Shown piece after piece: positions 36,395-45,916 of a stretch of DNA of 64,000 bases (the stretch's first letter is position 1; each line of letters opens with the position of its first letter). This stretch comes from a bacterium (GTDB taxonomy: Bacteria > Cyanobacteriota > Sericytochromatia > S15B-MN24 > UBA4093): positions 13,902 to 77,901 of the forward strand of contig JAYKJE010000008.1 of NCBI GenBank assembly GCA_035285805.1, given 5' to 3'. Made by a program: the position numbers and the translations under genes. The notes under the pieces are model-generated. The model saw only the letters and a program-made list of their open reading frames with translations, searched no databases and was not told the DNA's origin.

Positions 36395-37972
36395 ATGGCA
36401 ACGATCACTCTCAATGGTCAGCAGGTCGAGGTTCCCGATGGCCTCAACCTGATCCAGGCGGCCGAGACGGCCGGCGTGACCATCCCGCACTACTGCTACC
36501 ACCCCGGGCTTCCCGTGGATGGCAACTGCCGCATGTGCCTCGTCGAGATCGAGGGCGCGCGGGGTCCGCAGATTTCCTGCAACACCCCCGTCAAGGACGG
36601 GATGGTCGTCAAAACCGACACCCCGGCCGTCGAGAAGATGCGCAAGGGCGTGCAGGAGTTCCTCCTGCTGAACCACCCCATCGATTGCCCGATCTGTGAC
36701 CAGGCGGGCGAGTGCCGGCTCCAGGATTACTACATGGAGTACGGCCAGTATCAGAACCGCTCGATGGTCCCCAAGGTCGAGAAGGACAAGGTCGTCGACC
36801 TCGGTCCCCTGGTCGTGCTCGATCAGGAGCGCTGCATCCTGTGCTCGCGGTGCGTGCGCTTCTGCGAGTCCGTCACCAAGACGGGTGAACTGGTCATCTC
36901 GAACCGGGGCGATCGCAGCCGCATCCAGGCCTTCCCGGGCAAACAGCTCGACAACGCCTACTCGGGCAACGTCGTCGACCTCTGCCCGGTCGGGGCGCTG
37001 ACCAGCAAGGACTTCCGCTTCAAGCAGCGCGTCTGGTTCCTCGAGACCGCGAAGTCGGTCTGCACGGGCTGCTCGAATGGATGCGCCATCACGGTCGATT
37101 TCCGCGAAGGTCAGCCCTACCGCTACAAGCCCCGTCACAATCCCCAGGTCAACGACTACTGGATGTGCGATGCGGGTCGCCTCTCGTACAAGCAGCTCAA
37201 CGAGAACCGCCTGTACACGGCCATCCTCGGTGGTGAGGACACGACGATCGGCAAAGCGCTCGACGCCCTCGTTGCCCGGATCCGGAACGTGGTCGCGAGC
37301 CACGGGCCCGAGGCGATCGCCCTCGTCGGTTCGGCCCACGCGACCCTCGAGACCCAGTTCGTCCTGCGCCGTCTCGCCCAGGAGGTCGTGAAGACCTCGA
37401 AGGTGTCGGGTGCGACGCTCACGCCGGACTGGGAAGGCGACGACCTCCTCAAGAAGGCCGATCGCACTCCGAACCGCAACGGTCTCCGGTTCCTTGGCAT
37501 TGACCACGATCCGGCGACGCTGCGGTCCTGGCTCGAAGCCGGCCAGGTTCAGCTGCTCATCCTGGTCGACAACGAGCTCTGCCTCGAAGGGGACGACACC
37601 TGGCAGGCGCTGCTCGCTCAGGTGCCGGCCGTGGCCCTGCTCACCCGGACCCGGTCCGGGTGGGCCGAGCAGGTCGCCTGCGCGCTGCCCATCGCCAATC
37701 ACGTCGAGCAGTTTGGCTCGTTCGTGCAGGCGAAGGGCGTCCTCCAGAAGCTCGGCAAGGCCTACGATCCCGAAGGGGACGCGGCTCCGGCGCTCGACAT
37801 CCTGCAGGCGATCGCCCGCGCACTTGGCACCGATTTCGGCTATGACGACATCGAGGCCGTCTGGACGGACCTCCTGAAGGCATATCCCGAGTCCTTCCCT
37901 GGCATCGACAGTTTTTACGGCATCCCCGAGCACGGCGTCGCGCTGGAGCTCGCGGCAGTGGCTGGAAAGTAG
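36395..37972 (+). CDS. nuoG: NADH-quinone oxidoreductase subunit G (short form, 525 aa)
   Basis: 2Fe-2S CYHPGL..DGNCRMCLVE, HPIDCPICDQAGECRLQ, CILCSRCVRFC, CPVGALT, CTGCSNGC. The molybdopterin-like part is truncated relative to long NuoG forms. Confidence 0.9.
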   Translation: MATITLNGQQVEVPDGLNLIQAAETAGVTIPHYCYHPGLPVDGNCRMCLVEIEGARGPQISCNTPVKDGMVVKTDTPAVEKMRKGVQEFLLLNHPIDCPICDQAGECRLQDYYMEYGQYQNRSMVPKVEKDKVVDLGPLVVLDQERCILCSRCVRFCESVTKTGELVISNRGDRSRIQAFPGKQLDNAYSGNVVDLCPVGALTSKDFRFKQRVWFLETAKSVCTGCSNGCAITVDFREGQPYRYKPRHNPQVNDYWMCDAGRLSYKQLNENRLYTAILGGEDTTIGKALDALVARIRNVVASHGPEAIALVGSAHATLETQFVLRRLAQEVVKTSKVSGATLTPDWEGDDLLKKADRTPNRNGLRFLGIDHDPATLRSWLEAGQVQLLILVDNELCLEGDDTWQALLAQVPAVALLTRTRSGWAEQVACALPIANHVEQFGSFVQAKGVLQKLGKAYDPEGDAAPALDILQAIARALGTDFGYDDIEAVWTDLLKAYPESFPGIDSFYGIPEHGVALELAAVAGK

Positions 37973-37984
37973 GCGGCCCCTTCC

Positions 37985-39352
37985 ATGACCGGCAACTGGA
38001 TCCTCGACCTCGTCATCATCGTCCTCAAGGCTGCCTTCCTGCTCACGATCCTGCTCACGATGGCCCCCGTGCTCATCGTGCTCGAGCGCAAGATCTCGGC
38101 CTTCATCCAGGACCGCCCGGGTCCCAACCGCGCCGACATCTTCGGCTTCCGGCTGGCTGGCTTCGTGTACGTCCTGGCCGATGCGATCAAGCTCTTCACC
38201 AAGGAGAACTTCACGCCGTCGGCGGCCAACCGCTTTTACTATTACCTGGCCCCAGCCATCTCCGTGATGGTGGCGCTGAGCACCGGTGCCGTCGTACCCT
38301 TCGCCGACAGCCTGACGTTCGGCGAGCACGTCGTCCCGATGCAGGTGTTGCCGATCAACGCCGGCCTGCTGTGGTTCTTCGCCATCGCCTCGCTGGGCGT
38401 TTACGGGATCGTGTTTGCGGGCTGGGCTTCCAACAGCAAGTACTCGCTGCTGGGTAGCATCCGCTCGAGCGCCCAACTGATCAGCTACGAGATCCCGATG
38501 GGCCTCTCGGTGGTAGGCCTCCTGATGGCCTTCCAGACGCTCGAACTCAACAAGATCGTCCAGGCTCAGGGTGGTCTGCTCAATGTCCTGAACCTCTTCC
38601 ACGCTGGCGTGCAGATTCCCCTCGCGAACGGGGCGCACCTGGCGCTCGGGATCCCCAACTGGGGCATCTTCATCCAGCCGGTGGCTTTCGTGATCTTCCT
38701 GGTTGCCTCGTATGCGGAGACCAACCGGACGCCGTTCGATCTGGCCGAATCCGAATCGGAGCTCGTCGCAGGGTTCCATACCGAGTACTCGGCGATGAAG
38801 TTCGGCATGTTCTTCTTCGCGGAGTACATGGCGATGGTCGTGGCCTCCTCGATCATGGCCACGCTCTTCTTCGGGGGCTGGCAGGTGCCGTTTCTCGACA
38901 CCGCCGCGCTCCAGGCCCTGTCGCTGCCCCTGGTCCGTCTGGGCCTCGGGGCGGGTGCGGGTGTCGTCGCGCTGGCCGCCTTCGGTCTGTACCGCTTCTA
39001 CCTGGCCAACCGCGGCCGTTTCGGCGATCGCCGTGACCTCGAGGGTCTCGTCCTCGCCGTCGTCGCGGGTGGCCTGGCCGGTCTGCTCGCGCTGGCCTGC
39101 CTGGGCTCGCTGCTGCTGACCGAGATGCCCGTCTGGGGTGCGGTCGCTTTCGCGGCTTTCGCGCAGTTCAACGCATTCTTCATCAAGATGTTCCTGCTGG
39201 CCACCACGTTCGTGTGGGTCCGCTGGACCGTGCCTCGCTTCCGCTATGACCAGCTGATGGACCTCGGCTGGAAGTCGCTGCTGCCGCTGGCACTCGCGAA
39301 CATCTTCGTCACGGGTCTGGCCATCCTGCTGGGCAACCACTTCGGAGGCTAG
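37985..39352 (+). CDS. nuoH: NADH-quinone oxidoreductase subunit H (long form, 455 aa)
   Basis: ERKISAFIQDRPGPN, LADAIKLFTKE, AETNRTPFDLAESESELVAGFHTEYS, PRFRYDQLMDLGWKSLLP; contains extra segments (see findings). Confidence 0.93.
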   Translation: MTGNWILDLVIIVLKAAFLLTILLTMAPVLIVLERKISAFIQDRPGPNRADIFGFRLAGFVYVLADAIKLFTKENFTPSAANRFYYYLAPAISVMVALSTGAVVPFADSLTFGEHVVPMQVLPINAGLLWFFAIASLGVYGIVFAGWASNSKYSLLGSIRSSAQLISYEIPMGLSVVGLLMAFQTLELNKIVQAQGGLLNVLNLFHAGVQIPLANGAHLALGIPNWGIFIQPVAFVIFLVASYAETNRTPFDLAESESELVAGFHTEYSAMKFGMFFFAEYMAMVVASSIMATLFFGGWQVPFLDTAALQALSLPLVRLGLGAGAGVVALAAFGLYRFYLANRGRFGDRRDLEGLVLAVVAGGLAGLLALACLGSLLLTEMPVWGAVAFAAFAQFNAFFIKMFLLATTFVWVRWTVPRFRYDQLMDLGWKSLLPLALANIFVTGLAILLGNHFGG

Positions 39353-39363
39353 GAAGGAACACC

Positions 39364-39852
39364 ATGAAGGTCGCTCGTCCCACCGAGGCCATCCAGGAGC
39401 GCGTGTATCTGCTCGAGCTCGTCAAGGGGCTCGGGATCACCCTCCGTCACCTGGTCTCCAACCTCGTCAGTCCCCGGCGCATGCCGATCGTCGAGTATCC
39501 CGAGAAGCAGAAGAGCTTTCCCGCGGGCTTCCGTGGCAAGCATCGTCTGACCAAGCGTGAGAATGGCGATGTCCGCTGCGTGGCGTGCTTCATGTGCGCC
39601 ACCGCTTGCCCGGCCGAGTGCATTCACATCGTCGCCGAGGAGAGCCCCGATCCGACGATCGAGAAGCGCCCCGCGCGCTTCGACATCGATCTGCTCGAGT
39701 GCGTCTTCTGTGGCATGTGCGTCGAGGCCTGTCCCGTGGATGCCATCCGCATGGATTCGGGCGTCTATGCCATCGCCGACTTCAAGCGCAGCAACTTCGT
39801 CATCACCAAGGAAGAGCTGATGGCGGTCAAGCCCCAGGGCCTGCCCGACTAG
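39364..39852 (+). CDS. nuoI: NADH-quinone oxidoreductase subunit I
   Basis: Two 4Fe-4S motifs: CVACFMCATACP and CVFCGMCVEACP. Confidence 0.93.
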   Translation: MKVARPTEAIQERVYLLELVKGLGITLRHLVSNLVSPRRMPIVEYPEKQKSFPAGFRGKHRLTKRENGDVRCVACFMCATACPAECIHIVAEESPDPTIEKRPARFDIDLLECVFCGMCVEACPVDAIRMDSGVYAIADFKRSNFVITKEELMAVKPQGLPD

Positions 39853-39882
39853 CCCGCGTTCTCGAGGAGACGTCGCCCCGTC

Positions 39883-40386
39883 ATGTTAGACATCTTGCTA
39901 TTCCTGATCCTCGCGAGCGTCATGGTGCTCGGTGGTCTCGTGACCATCACCCGCAAGCAGCCTCTCGCCGCCGCACTCGCCCTGGTCGTCTCGTTCGTCG
40001 CGCTCTCGGGGCTCTACGCCCTCCTGACGGCCCAGCTCATCGCGATCTTGCAGATCCTGGTGTATGCGGGCGCCATCATCGCGCTGATCGTGTTCGTCAT
40101 CATGCTCTTGAATGTGCGTGAGGAGGACCTGCAACTCGGCGAAGACCGCATCGGACAGGTGGGAATCGCGCTGCTCGCCCTGTTCCCCTTCGTCTCGGTC
40201 ATCATCGGTGCCGTGCTGCAGCTCCCCGAGGGCGCCTTCCCGGCGCTCGCCTCGGCGGACTTCGGCAGCATCGAGGCCGTGGGCATGTACCTCTACCGGA
40301 ATTACGCCTTCGTGTTCGAGCTCGTCTCGGTCCTCCTGACCGTGGCGCTCGTCGGCGTCGTCCTGCTGGCCAAGCGCCGCATCTAG
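39883..40386 (+). CDS. nuoJ: NADH-quinone oxidoreductase subunit J
   Basis: Hydrophobic 167 aa; LQILVYAGAIIALIVFVIMLL typical of NuoJ; position in operon. Confidence 0.88.
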   Translation: MLDILLFLILASVMVLGGLVTITRKQPLAAALALVVSFVALSGLYALLTAQLIAILQILVYAGAIIALIVFVIMLLNVREEDLQLGEDRIGQVGIALLALFPFVSVIIGAVLQLPEGAFPALASADFGSIEAVGMYLYRNYAFVFELVSVLLTVALVGVVLLAKRRI

Positions 40387-40395
40387 GAGCTCACG

Positions 40396-40701
40396 ATGCA
40401 CCTGACGTTGCACTACTTCCTGATCGCGAGCGTCCTGCTCTTCGCCATCGGCGCGGCGGGCGTGGTCGGTCGCAAGAACCTCTTCATCGTGTTCATGTCG
40501 ATCGAGCTGATGCTCAATGCCGTGAACCTCTCGTTCGTGGCCTTCGCCCGGGCTCTCAACCAGCTCGACGGTCACATCTTCGTCTTCCTGGTGATGGCCG
40601 TCGCCGCGGCTGAAGCAGCCATCGGGCTGGCCATCGTCATCTTGCTCTTCAAGAACAAGGAGTCGCTCAACGTGGACGACTTCTCGCTGCTGAAGCGGTA
40701 G
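40396..40701 (+). CDS. nuoK: NADH-quinone oxidoreductase subunit K
   Basis: 101 aa; RKNLFIVFMSIELMLNAVNL motif. Confidence 0.9.
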   Translation: MHLTLHYFLIASVLLFAIGAAGVVGRKNLFIVFMSIELMLNAVNLSFVAFARALNQLDGHIFVFLVMAVAAAEAAIGLAIVILLFKNKESLNVDDFSLLKR

Positions 40702-40709
40702 AGGGATCG

Positions 40710-42707
40710 ATGGACACGCACCACATTCAAGCAATCGAAGCCACCGCGAGCAGCTTGCTGCTCCTGGTACCCCTGTTCCCGCTCCTCGGCGCGATCGTCA
40801 ACGGTCTCCTGACCCTGATGTTCGCCCACACCGAGAAGGGCGCCCCCCGGCAGGTCGTCACGGGTATCGCCGTCGGCGCGCCCGTGCTCTCGTTCCTGAC
40901 GAGCGTCGTGCTCTTCTTCCAGCTGCGCGGCCTCGGCGAGGAAGCTCGCCTGATGACGCAGCACGTCGCGACGTGGATCAAGGCCGGCGCGCTCGACCTG
41001 GGCATCGACTTCATGCTCGATCCGCTGAGCGCCGTGATGATCCTGGTCGTCACGTTCATCGGCTCACTGATCCACCTCTACTCGGTGGGTTACATGAGTC
41101 ACGACCGGGGCTTCAGCCGGTTCTTCACGTACCTGAACCTGTTCACGTTCTCGATGCTCGTGCTCGTCCTGGGCAAGAGCCTCCCCATGATGTTCGTGGG
41201 CTGGGAAGGCGTGGGCGTCTGCTCGTACCTGCTCATCGGGTTCTGGTTCCAGGACCTCGACAAGGCCTATGCGGGCAACAAGGCGTTCATCGCCAACCGC
41301 GTGGGGGACTTCGGCTTCCTCATCGGGATCTTCTACCTGTTCACGCAGACGCTGGCGCACGGCGGTGCGACGCTCGACTTCGTCGAACTGTCCCGTTACT
41401 TCGCCTCTCTCCCCCACGATGGGACGACGACCACCGTCGCCACCATCGCGGGTCTGTGCCTGTTCATCGGCGCGATGGGCAAGAGCGCCCAGGTGCCGCT
41501 GCACGTCTGGCTTGCCGACGCGATGGCCGGTCCCACGCCGGTCTCGGCTCTCATCCACGCGGCCACGATGGTCACGGCGGGCATCTACATGGTGTCCCGT
41601 ATGCACTTCGTGTACGACCTGTCGCCCATCGCCTCGTCGATGATCATCACGCTCGGCGCGCTGACGGCCTTCCTGGCCGCCTCGATCGCCATCACGCAGC
41701 GCGACATCAAGCGGGTGCTGGCTTACTCGACCGTCTCGCAGCTCGGTTACATGTTCGTCGGTGCGGGCGTCGGCGCCTACTCGGCCGGCATGTTCCATGT
41801 CTTCACGCACGCGTTCTTCAAGGCCCTCCTGTTCCTCGGGGCGGGTTCGGTCATCCACGCGATGCGTGAAGAGCAGGACATCTGGAAGATGGGCGGCCTC
41901 AAGAGCAAGCTGCCCGTCACGTTCTGGACCATGCTCCTCGCCACCGTGGCGATCGCCGGTATCCCGCCGCTGGCAGGCTTCTTCTCGAAGGACGAGATCC
42001 TCTGGCAGGCCTTCGTCCGCGGCCATCACGTCGCGTACGGCGTGCTGCTCCTGACGGCAGGCATCACGGCCTACTACATGTTCCGGATGCTGTTCCTGAC
42101 GTTCTTCGGCACTCCGCGGGACCAGAGCAAGTTCGACCATGCTCACGAGAGCCCGTGGGTCATGACCCTTCCCCTGGTGTTGCTGGCCATCGGGACCTGC
42201 GTTGTCGGTTTCCTGGGCGTGCCCCACGTCCTGTCGGGAACCCACCCGATCTTCGCGCACTGGCTGCACCCGGTGCTGCACGAGACCGAGGTCTCGGGTG
42301 CCGCGTCCCTCGAGTTCGGTCTGATGGGCCTGAGCGTGCTCGTCGCCGCCACGGGGATCGCGGTCGCGTTCTTCCGCTACGGCGGCGCCACGCCGGCCAG
42401 CGAGCCGGTCACGGCTGCCTGGTGGGACGTCCTGCGCAACAAGTGGTTCCTCGACGAGTGGATCGAGGCAATGCTCATTCGCCCGCTGCTCTGGGTGTCG
42501 ACCTTCTTCGTCCGGAACGTGGTCGAGAACGAGGTCATCTCGGGCTCGATGGGGCTCTCGGCCCGTGCCTACGCCGGGGTTGCGGGGATGCTGCGCACGC
42601 TCCAGACCGGGATCGTCCGGCACTACGCCCTCATGATGCTCGTGGGCCTCTCGTTGCTCGCCCTGCTGCTGTCGTCGCACTTCTCCGGTGCGGGCGGCGG
42701 TCACTGA
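40710..42707 (+). CDS. nuoL: NADH-quinone oxidoreductase subunit L
   Basis: 665 aa antiporter-like; WEGVGVCSYLLIGFW, GKSAQVPLHVWLADAMAGPTPVSALIHAATMV. Confidence 0.93.
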   Translation: MDTHHIQAIEATASSLLLLVPLFPLLGAIVNGLLTLMFAHTEKGAPRQVVTGIAVGAPVLSFLTSVVLFFQLRGLGEEARLMTQHVATWIKAGALDLGIDFMLDPLSAVMILVVTFIGSLIHLYSVGYMSHDRGFSRFFTYLNLFTFSMLVLVLGKSLPMMFVGWEGVGVCSYLLIGFWFQDLDKAYAGNKAFIANRVGDFGFLIGIFYLFTQTLAHGGATLDFVELSRYFASLPHDGTTTTVATIAGLCLFIGAMGKSAQVPLHVWLADAMAGPTPVSALIHAATMVTAGIYMVSRMHFVYDLSPIASSMIITLGALTAFLAASIAITQRDIKRVLAYSTVSQLGYMFVGAGVGAYSAGMFHVFTHAFFKALLFLGAGSVIHAMREEQDIWKMGGLKSKLPVTFWTMLLATVAIAGIPPLAGFFSKDEILWQAFVRGHHVAYGVLLLTAGITAYYMFRMLFLTFFGTPRDQSKFDHAHESPWVMTLPLVLLAIGTCVVGFLGVPHVLSGTHPIFAHWLHPVLHETEVSGAASLEFGLMGLSVLVAATGIAVAFFRYGGATPASEPVTAAWWDVLRNKWFLDEWIEAMLIRPLLWVSTFFVRNVVENEVISGSMGLSARAYAGVAGMLRTLQTGIVRHYALMMLVGLSLLALLLSSHFSGAGGGH

Positions 42708-42728
42708 CGCAAGATCTGGACTGCCGAC

Positions 42729-44270
42729 ATGGACCAAATGATTCTTTCGTTTCTCATCTTCTGGCCCCTGGTGGCCGGGCTCGGTATCGCCCTCTGGCCG
42801 GTGCGTGACGCCCGCGCCTCCTGGATCGCCGCCCTCGTGGCGTCCGGGATCGAGGCCGTCTTCGCGCTGACGCTGCTCTCGGGCTTCCAGACGGGACTCG
42901 GTGGGGCCCAGTTCGAGGTCAACGCGCTGCTCCTGAAGAGCGCGGGTGTGCATTTCCACCTGGGTGTCGATGGCCTGAGCCTCGTGCTCGTGCTGCTCAT
43001 CGCCCTGCTCACGCCGGTGGCCCTCTTCGCCTCGCGCGACGTCAGTCACCACCAGCGCTTCCACCACGCCAGCATGCTGGCGCTGGCCGGCGCGATGGCG
43101 GGGGCCGTCCTCGCGCTCGACACGCTGCTCTTCTACGTGTTCTTCGAACTGATGCTCGTACCCGCGTTCTTCCTCGTCGGACGCTGGGGGGGCGAGAAGC
43201 GCCTCGAGGCCACGACGCGCTTCGTCGTCTACACGCTCCTGGGGTCGCTGCCGCTGCTGGTCGCCCTGCTCGGCGTCGGGGCCCATCACCTGAATGTCAC
43301 GGGACAGTGGTCCTTCGACCTTCCCGACCTGATGGCGACCCCGCTCGCGGGCAATGCCATGTGGCTCGGCTTCTGGGCCTTCATCTTCGCCTTCGCCATC
43401 AAGGCCGGGCTCTTCCCGTTCCACGGTTGGGCTCCCGATACTTACGTCGAGGCTCCGACCCCCGTCACGTTCCTGCTCAGCGGGGTGATGGGCAAGATCG
43501 GGGTCTACGGCATCCTGCGCTTCGCCTTGCCGCTGTTCCCCGTGGCGGCCCAGTCGGCCCGTTCCGGCCTGATGGCTCTGGCCCTCGTCGGGACGATCTA
43601 TGCTGCCTGGCTGGCCCTCGTCCAGACGGATCTCAAGCGGTTGCTGGCATACAGCTCCATCTCGCACATGGCTCTGCTGCTCATGGGCGTCTTCTCGCTC
43701 GATTCACAGGCCTGGAGCGGGGCGGTGTTCATGTTCCTCGCGCACGCACTCGCCACGGGGGGGCTGTTCCTCCTCGTGGGGATGCTGGCCGAGCGTCGTG
43801 GCACGTCGATCGCCCAGTTCGGGGGAATCGCTCGCCAGGTGCCCTGGCTGACCACGGTTTTCCTGATCATCGCGATGGCATCCGTGGGCCTTCCCGGTCT
43901 CAACGGCTTCGTGGCCGAGTTCCTCATCCTGATGGGTGCGTTCACCAGCAACGGGGGCCTCGGGGTCGTCGCGACCACCGGCGTCATCTGGGGCGCCTGC
44001 TACATGCTGTGGATGATCGCGCGCACCTTCTTCGGCAGCGTGCCCGCGCCGGCCAAGGGTGCCAAGCCGGCGCCCGAGCTCCGGGATCTCGCCCTGCGTG
44101 AGGCCGTCATGCTCGTGCCGATGATCCTCGTGATCATCTGGACCGGGTTCCAGCCTCAGCCCGTCCTCGATCGCATCGATCCGAGCGTCCAGGCCATCCT
44201 CTCTCCCATCCAGAAGGCCGTCGTGCCCGCCTCGAACGAGGCGGCGGCCCACGCGTCGCACGGAGGTTAG
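42729..44270 (+). CDS. nuoM: NADH-quinone oxidoreductase subunit M
   Basis: 513 aa antiporter-like; FPFHGWAPDTYVEAPTPVTFLLSGVMGK, LKRLLAYSSISHM. Confidence 0.92.
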   Translation: MDQMILSFLIFWPLVAGLGIALWPVRDARASWIAALVASGIEAVFALTLLSGFQTGLGGAQFEVNALLLKSAGVHFHLGVDGLSLVLVLLIALLTPVALFASRDVSHHQRFHHASMLALAGAMAGAVLALDTLLFYVFFELMLVPAFFLVGRWGGEKRLEATTRFVVYTLLGSLPLLVALLGVGAHHLNVTGQWSFDLPDLMATPLAGNAMWLGFWAFIFAFAIKAGLFPFHGWAPDTYVEAPTPVTFLLSGVMGKIGVYGILRFALPLFPVAAQSARSGLMALALVGTIYAAWLALVQTDLKRLLAYSSISHMALLLMGVFSLDSQAWSGAVFMFLAHALATGGLFLLVGMLAERRGTSIAQFGGIARQVPWLTTVFLIIAMASVGLPGLNGFVAEFLILMGAFTSNGGLGVVATTGVIWGACYMLWMIARTFFGSVPAPAKGAKPAPELRDLALREAVMLVPMILVIIWTGFQPQPVLDRIDPSVQAILSPIQKAVVPASNEAAAHASHGG

Positions 44271-44274
44271 GTCC

Positions 44275-45753
44275 ATGTCCCTCGAACAGTGGTTCCTGCT
44301 CTCGCCCTTGCTGGCGCTCGGGCTAGGCGGCCTCCTGCTGATGTTGCTCGAGGTCTTTCTGCCCGAGCAGCAAGCCCGCTTCCTTCCCGGATTCACGCTG
44401 GCCACGCTGGGCGTGTCCGCCGCTCTCGCGGGCGGGACCTGGCTGCGCTATCCCGGTGGCTACTCTCAGCAAATCCTGGGGGGAGCCGTCGCCGTCGATA
44501 ACTTCGGCACGTTCCTGACTCTGCTCATCCTGGGGGCGGCTTTCTGCTCCGTCCTGATGGGCTGGACATATTTCCCTCAGGAAAAAATGGAGCACGGGGA
44601 GGTCTACAGCCTCCTGCTCTTCGCCGTCGCCGGAATGGTGGCCCTCGTCTCGGGGACGCACCTCATCACGCTGTTCGTCGCCGTCGAGGTCATGTCCATC
44701 GCGGTGTACGTCCTCGTCGGTGCGCGTCGCCAGTCCGTCACCGGGAACGAGGCCGCCCTCAAGTACTTCTTCCTGGGGTCGTTCGCCTCGGGCCTGCTCC
44801 TGATGGGGATCGCCCTCATCTATGGCATGGTCGGCTCGGTCGAGTTGCACGCCATCGGTCACTTTCTGGCCCACCCCGAGGCGGGCAAACTGCCGCTCGC
44901 CCTCGTCGGGGTGCTGCTGCTGTTCGCCGGCATGGGCTTCAAGGTTGCCGCCGTGCCCTTCCATGCCTGGGCTGCCGACGTGTACCAGGGAGCCCCGACC
45001 CCCATCACGGCGTTCATGGCGACGGCCGTCAAGACGGCCAGCTTCGGTTTCCTGATCCGGGTGGCCGGGACGGCGTTCTTGCCGGCCCATGCGCAGTGGG
45101 TCGATCTGGTGTCCGTGCTGGCCATCCTCACCATGACGGTCGGTAACGCCCTCGCGTTCGCTCAGACCGAGATCAAGCGGATGCTGGCCTTCTCGAGCGT
45201 GGCCCACACGGGCTATCTCTTGATGGGCATCGTCGCACTCGGGGGACACGGTCACTCGGCCCGGGCGATGCTGGTGTACCTCGCGACCTACGTCCTCTCG
45301 TCGTTGCCCCTGTTTGCCGTTCTCACGGCCTGGTCGGGCCCTGGCGAAAAGCGCACCCGGATCGAGGATCTGGCGGGTCTCGGTCGGTCCAATCCCGTGT
45401 TTGCGCTCGTGATCGGGGTCTCGCTGGCCTCGATGATGGGGCTGCCCCCGACGGTCGGCTTCTTCGGGAAGTTCACGCTGTTCTCGGAGGTCCTGGCTGC
45501 CGGTCATGGTTGGCTTGCGCTCATCGCGATTCTCAATTCCATCGCCTCCGTCGCCTACTACCTGCGCCCCATCCTCGTGATGACCATGCAGGAGGCCACC
45601 GAGACGAAGCCTGCTGCCGAGACGGACCTCCCCGGGATCGTGCGGGCCGCCCTGCCGGTCGGAGCCGTCGCGGTCGCCCTGCTCACGGCCCTGCCCCTGG
45701 TGTTCGACCGGCTGGTCGGATGGGCCGGACATTCGACCAGCGGTCTCTTCTGA
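44275..45753 (+). CDS. nuoN: NADH-quinone oxidoreductase subunit N
   Basis: 492 aa antiporter-like; VPFHAWAADVYQGAPTPITAFMA, IKRMLAFSSVAHTGY. Confidence 0.92.
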   Translation: MSLEQWFLLSPLLALGLGGLLLMLLEVFLPEQQARFLPGFTLATLGVSAALAGGTWLRYPGGYSQQILGGAVAVDNFGTFLTLLILGAAFCSVLMGWTYFPQEKMEHGEVYSLLLFAVAGMVALVSGTHLITLFVAVEVMSIAVYVLVGARRQSVTGNEAALKYFFLGSFASGLLLMGIALIYGMVGSVELHAIGHFLAHPEAGKLPLALVGVLLLFAGMGFKVAAVPFHAWAADVYQGAPTPITAFMATAVKTASFGFLIRVAGTAFLPAHAQWVDLVSVLAILTMTVGNALAFAQTEIKRMLAFSSVAHTGYLLMGIVALGGHGHSARAMLVYLATYVLSSLPLFAVLTAWSGPGEKRTRIEDLAGLGRSNPVFALVIGVSLASMMGLPPTVGFFGKFTLFSEVLAAGHGWLALIAILNSIASVAYYLRPILVMTMQEATETKPAAETDLPGIVRAALPVGAVAVALLTALPLVFDRLVGWAGHSTSGLF

Positions 45754-45771
45754 GCCACACGGCTCATCGCA

Positions 45772-45805
45772 GGAAGGGCCCGGACCGGATGGTCCGGGCC
45801 CTTCC
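45772..45805 (+). terminator. Strong G+C-rich hairpin after nuoN (15-bp perfect stem, 4-nt loop, no U-tract)
   Basis: GGAAGGGCCCGGACC-ggat-GGTCCGGGCCCTTCC, 18 nt after the nuoN stop. Confidence 0.6.
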
Positions 45806-45826
45806 ACGTTGCCTGGATGCCCTATT

Positions 45827-45855
45827 TTGACGTCCTGCTTCCGTGTCGGTAGCAT
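45827..45855 (+). promoter_or_regulatory. Sigma70-like promoter upstream of lipA (TTGACG-17 nt-TAGCAT)
   Basis: Hexamers and 17-nt spacer read directly; about 60 nt upstream of the preferred lipA ATG at 45917. Confidence 0.45.
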
Positions 45856-45916
45856 GGAAGGTACCGATCATGGGCGATCGCCCGGTCGGGAACGATCCGG
45901 TGAAAGCGAGCAACCC

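Noticed and set aside
35165-39340. 1391-aa ORF on the minus strand spanning nuoF-nuoH
   Set aside because: It is antisense to four genes with unmistakable Nuo motifs and runs across their intergenic gaps. Its composition is R/G/D/E/H/P-rich with no motifs. This is typical stop-codon-poor shadow ORF behaviour in G+C-rich DNA.
41064-43667. 867-aa minus-strand ORF
   Set aside because: Antisense to nuoL/nuoM; highly charged translation opposite strongly hydrophobic genuine membrane subunits.
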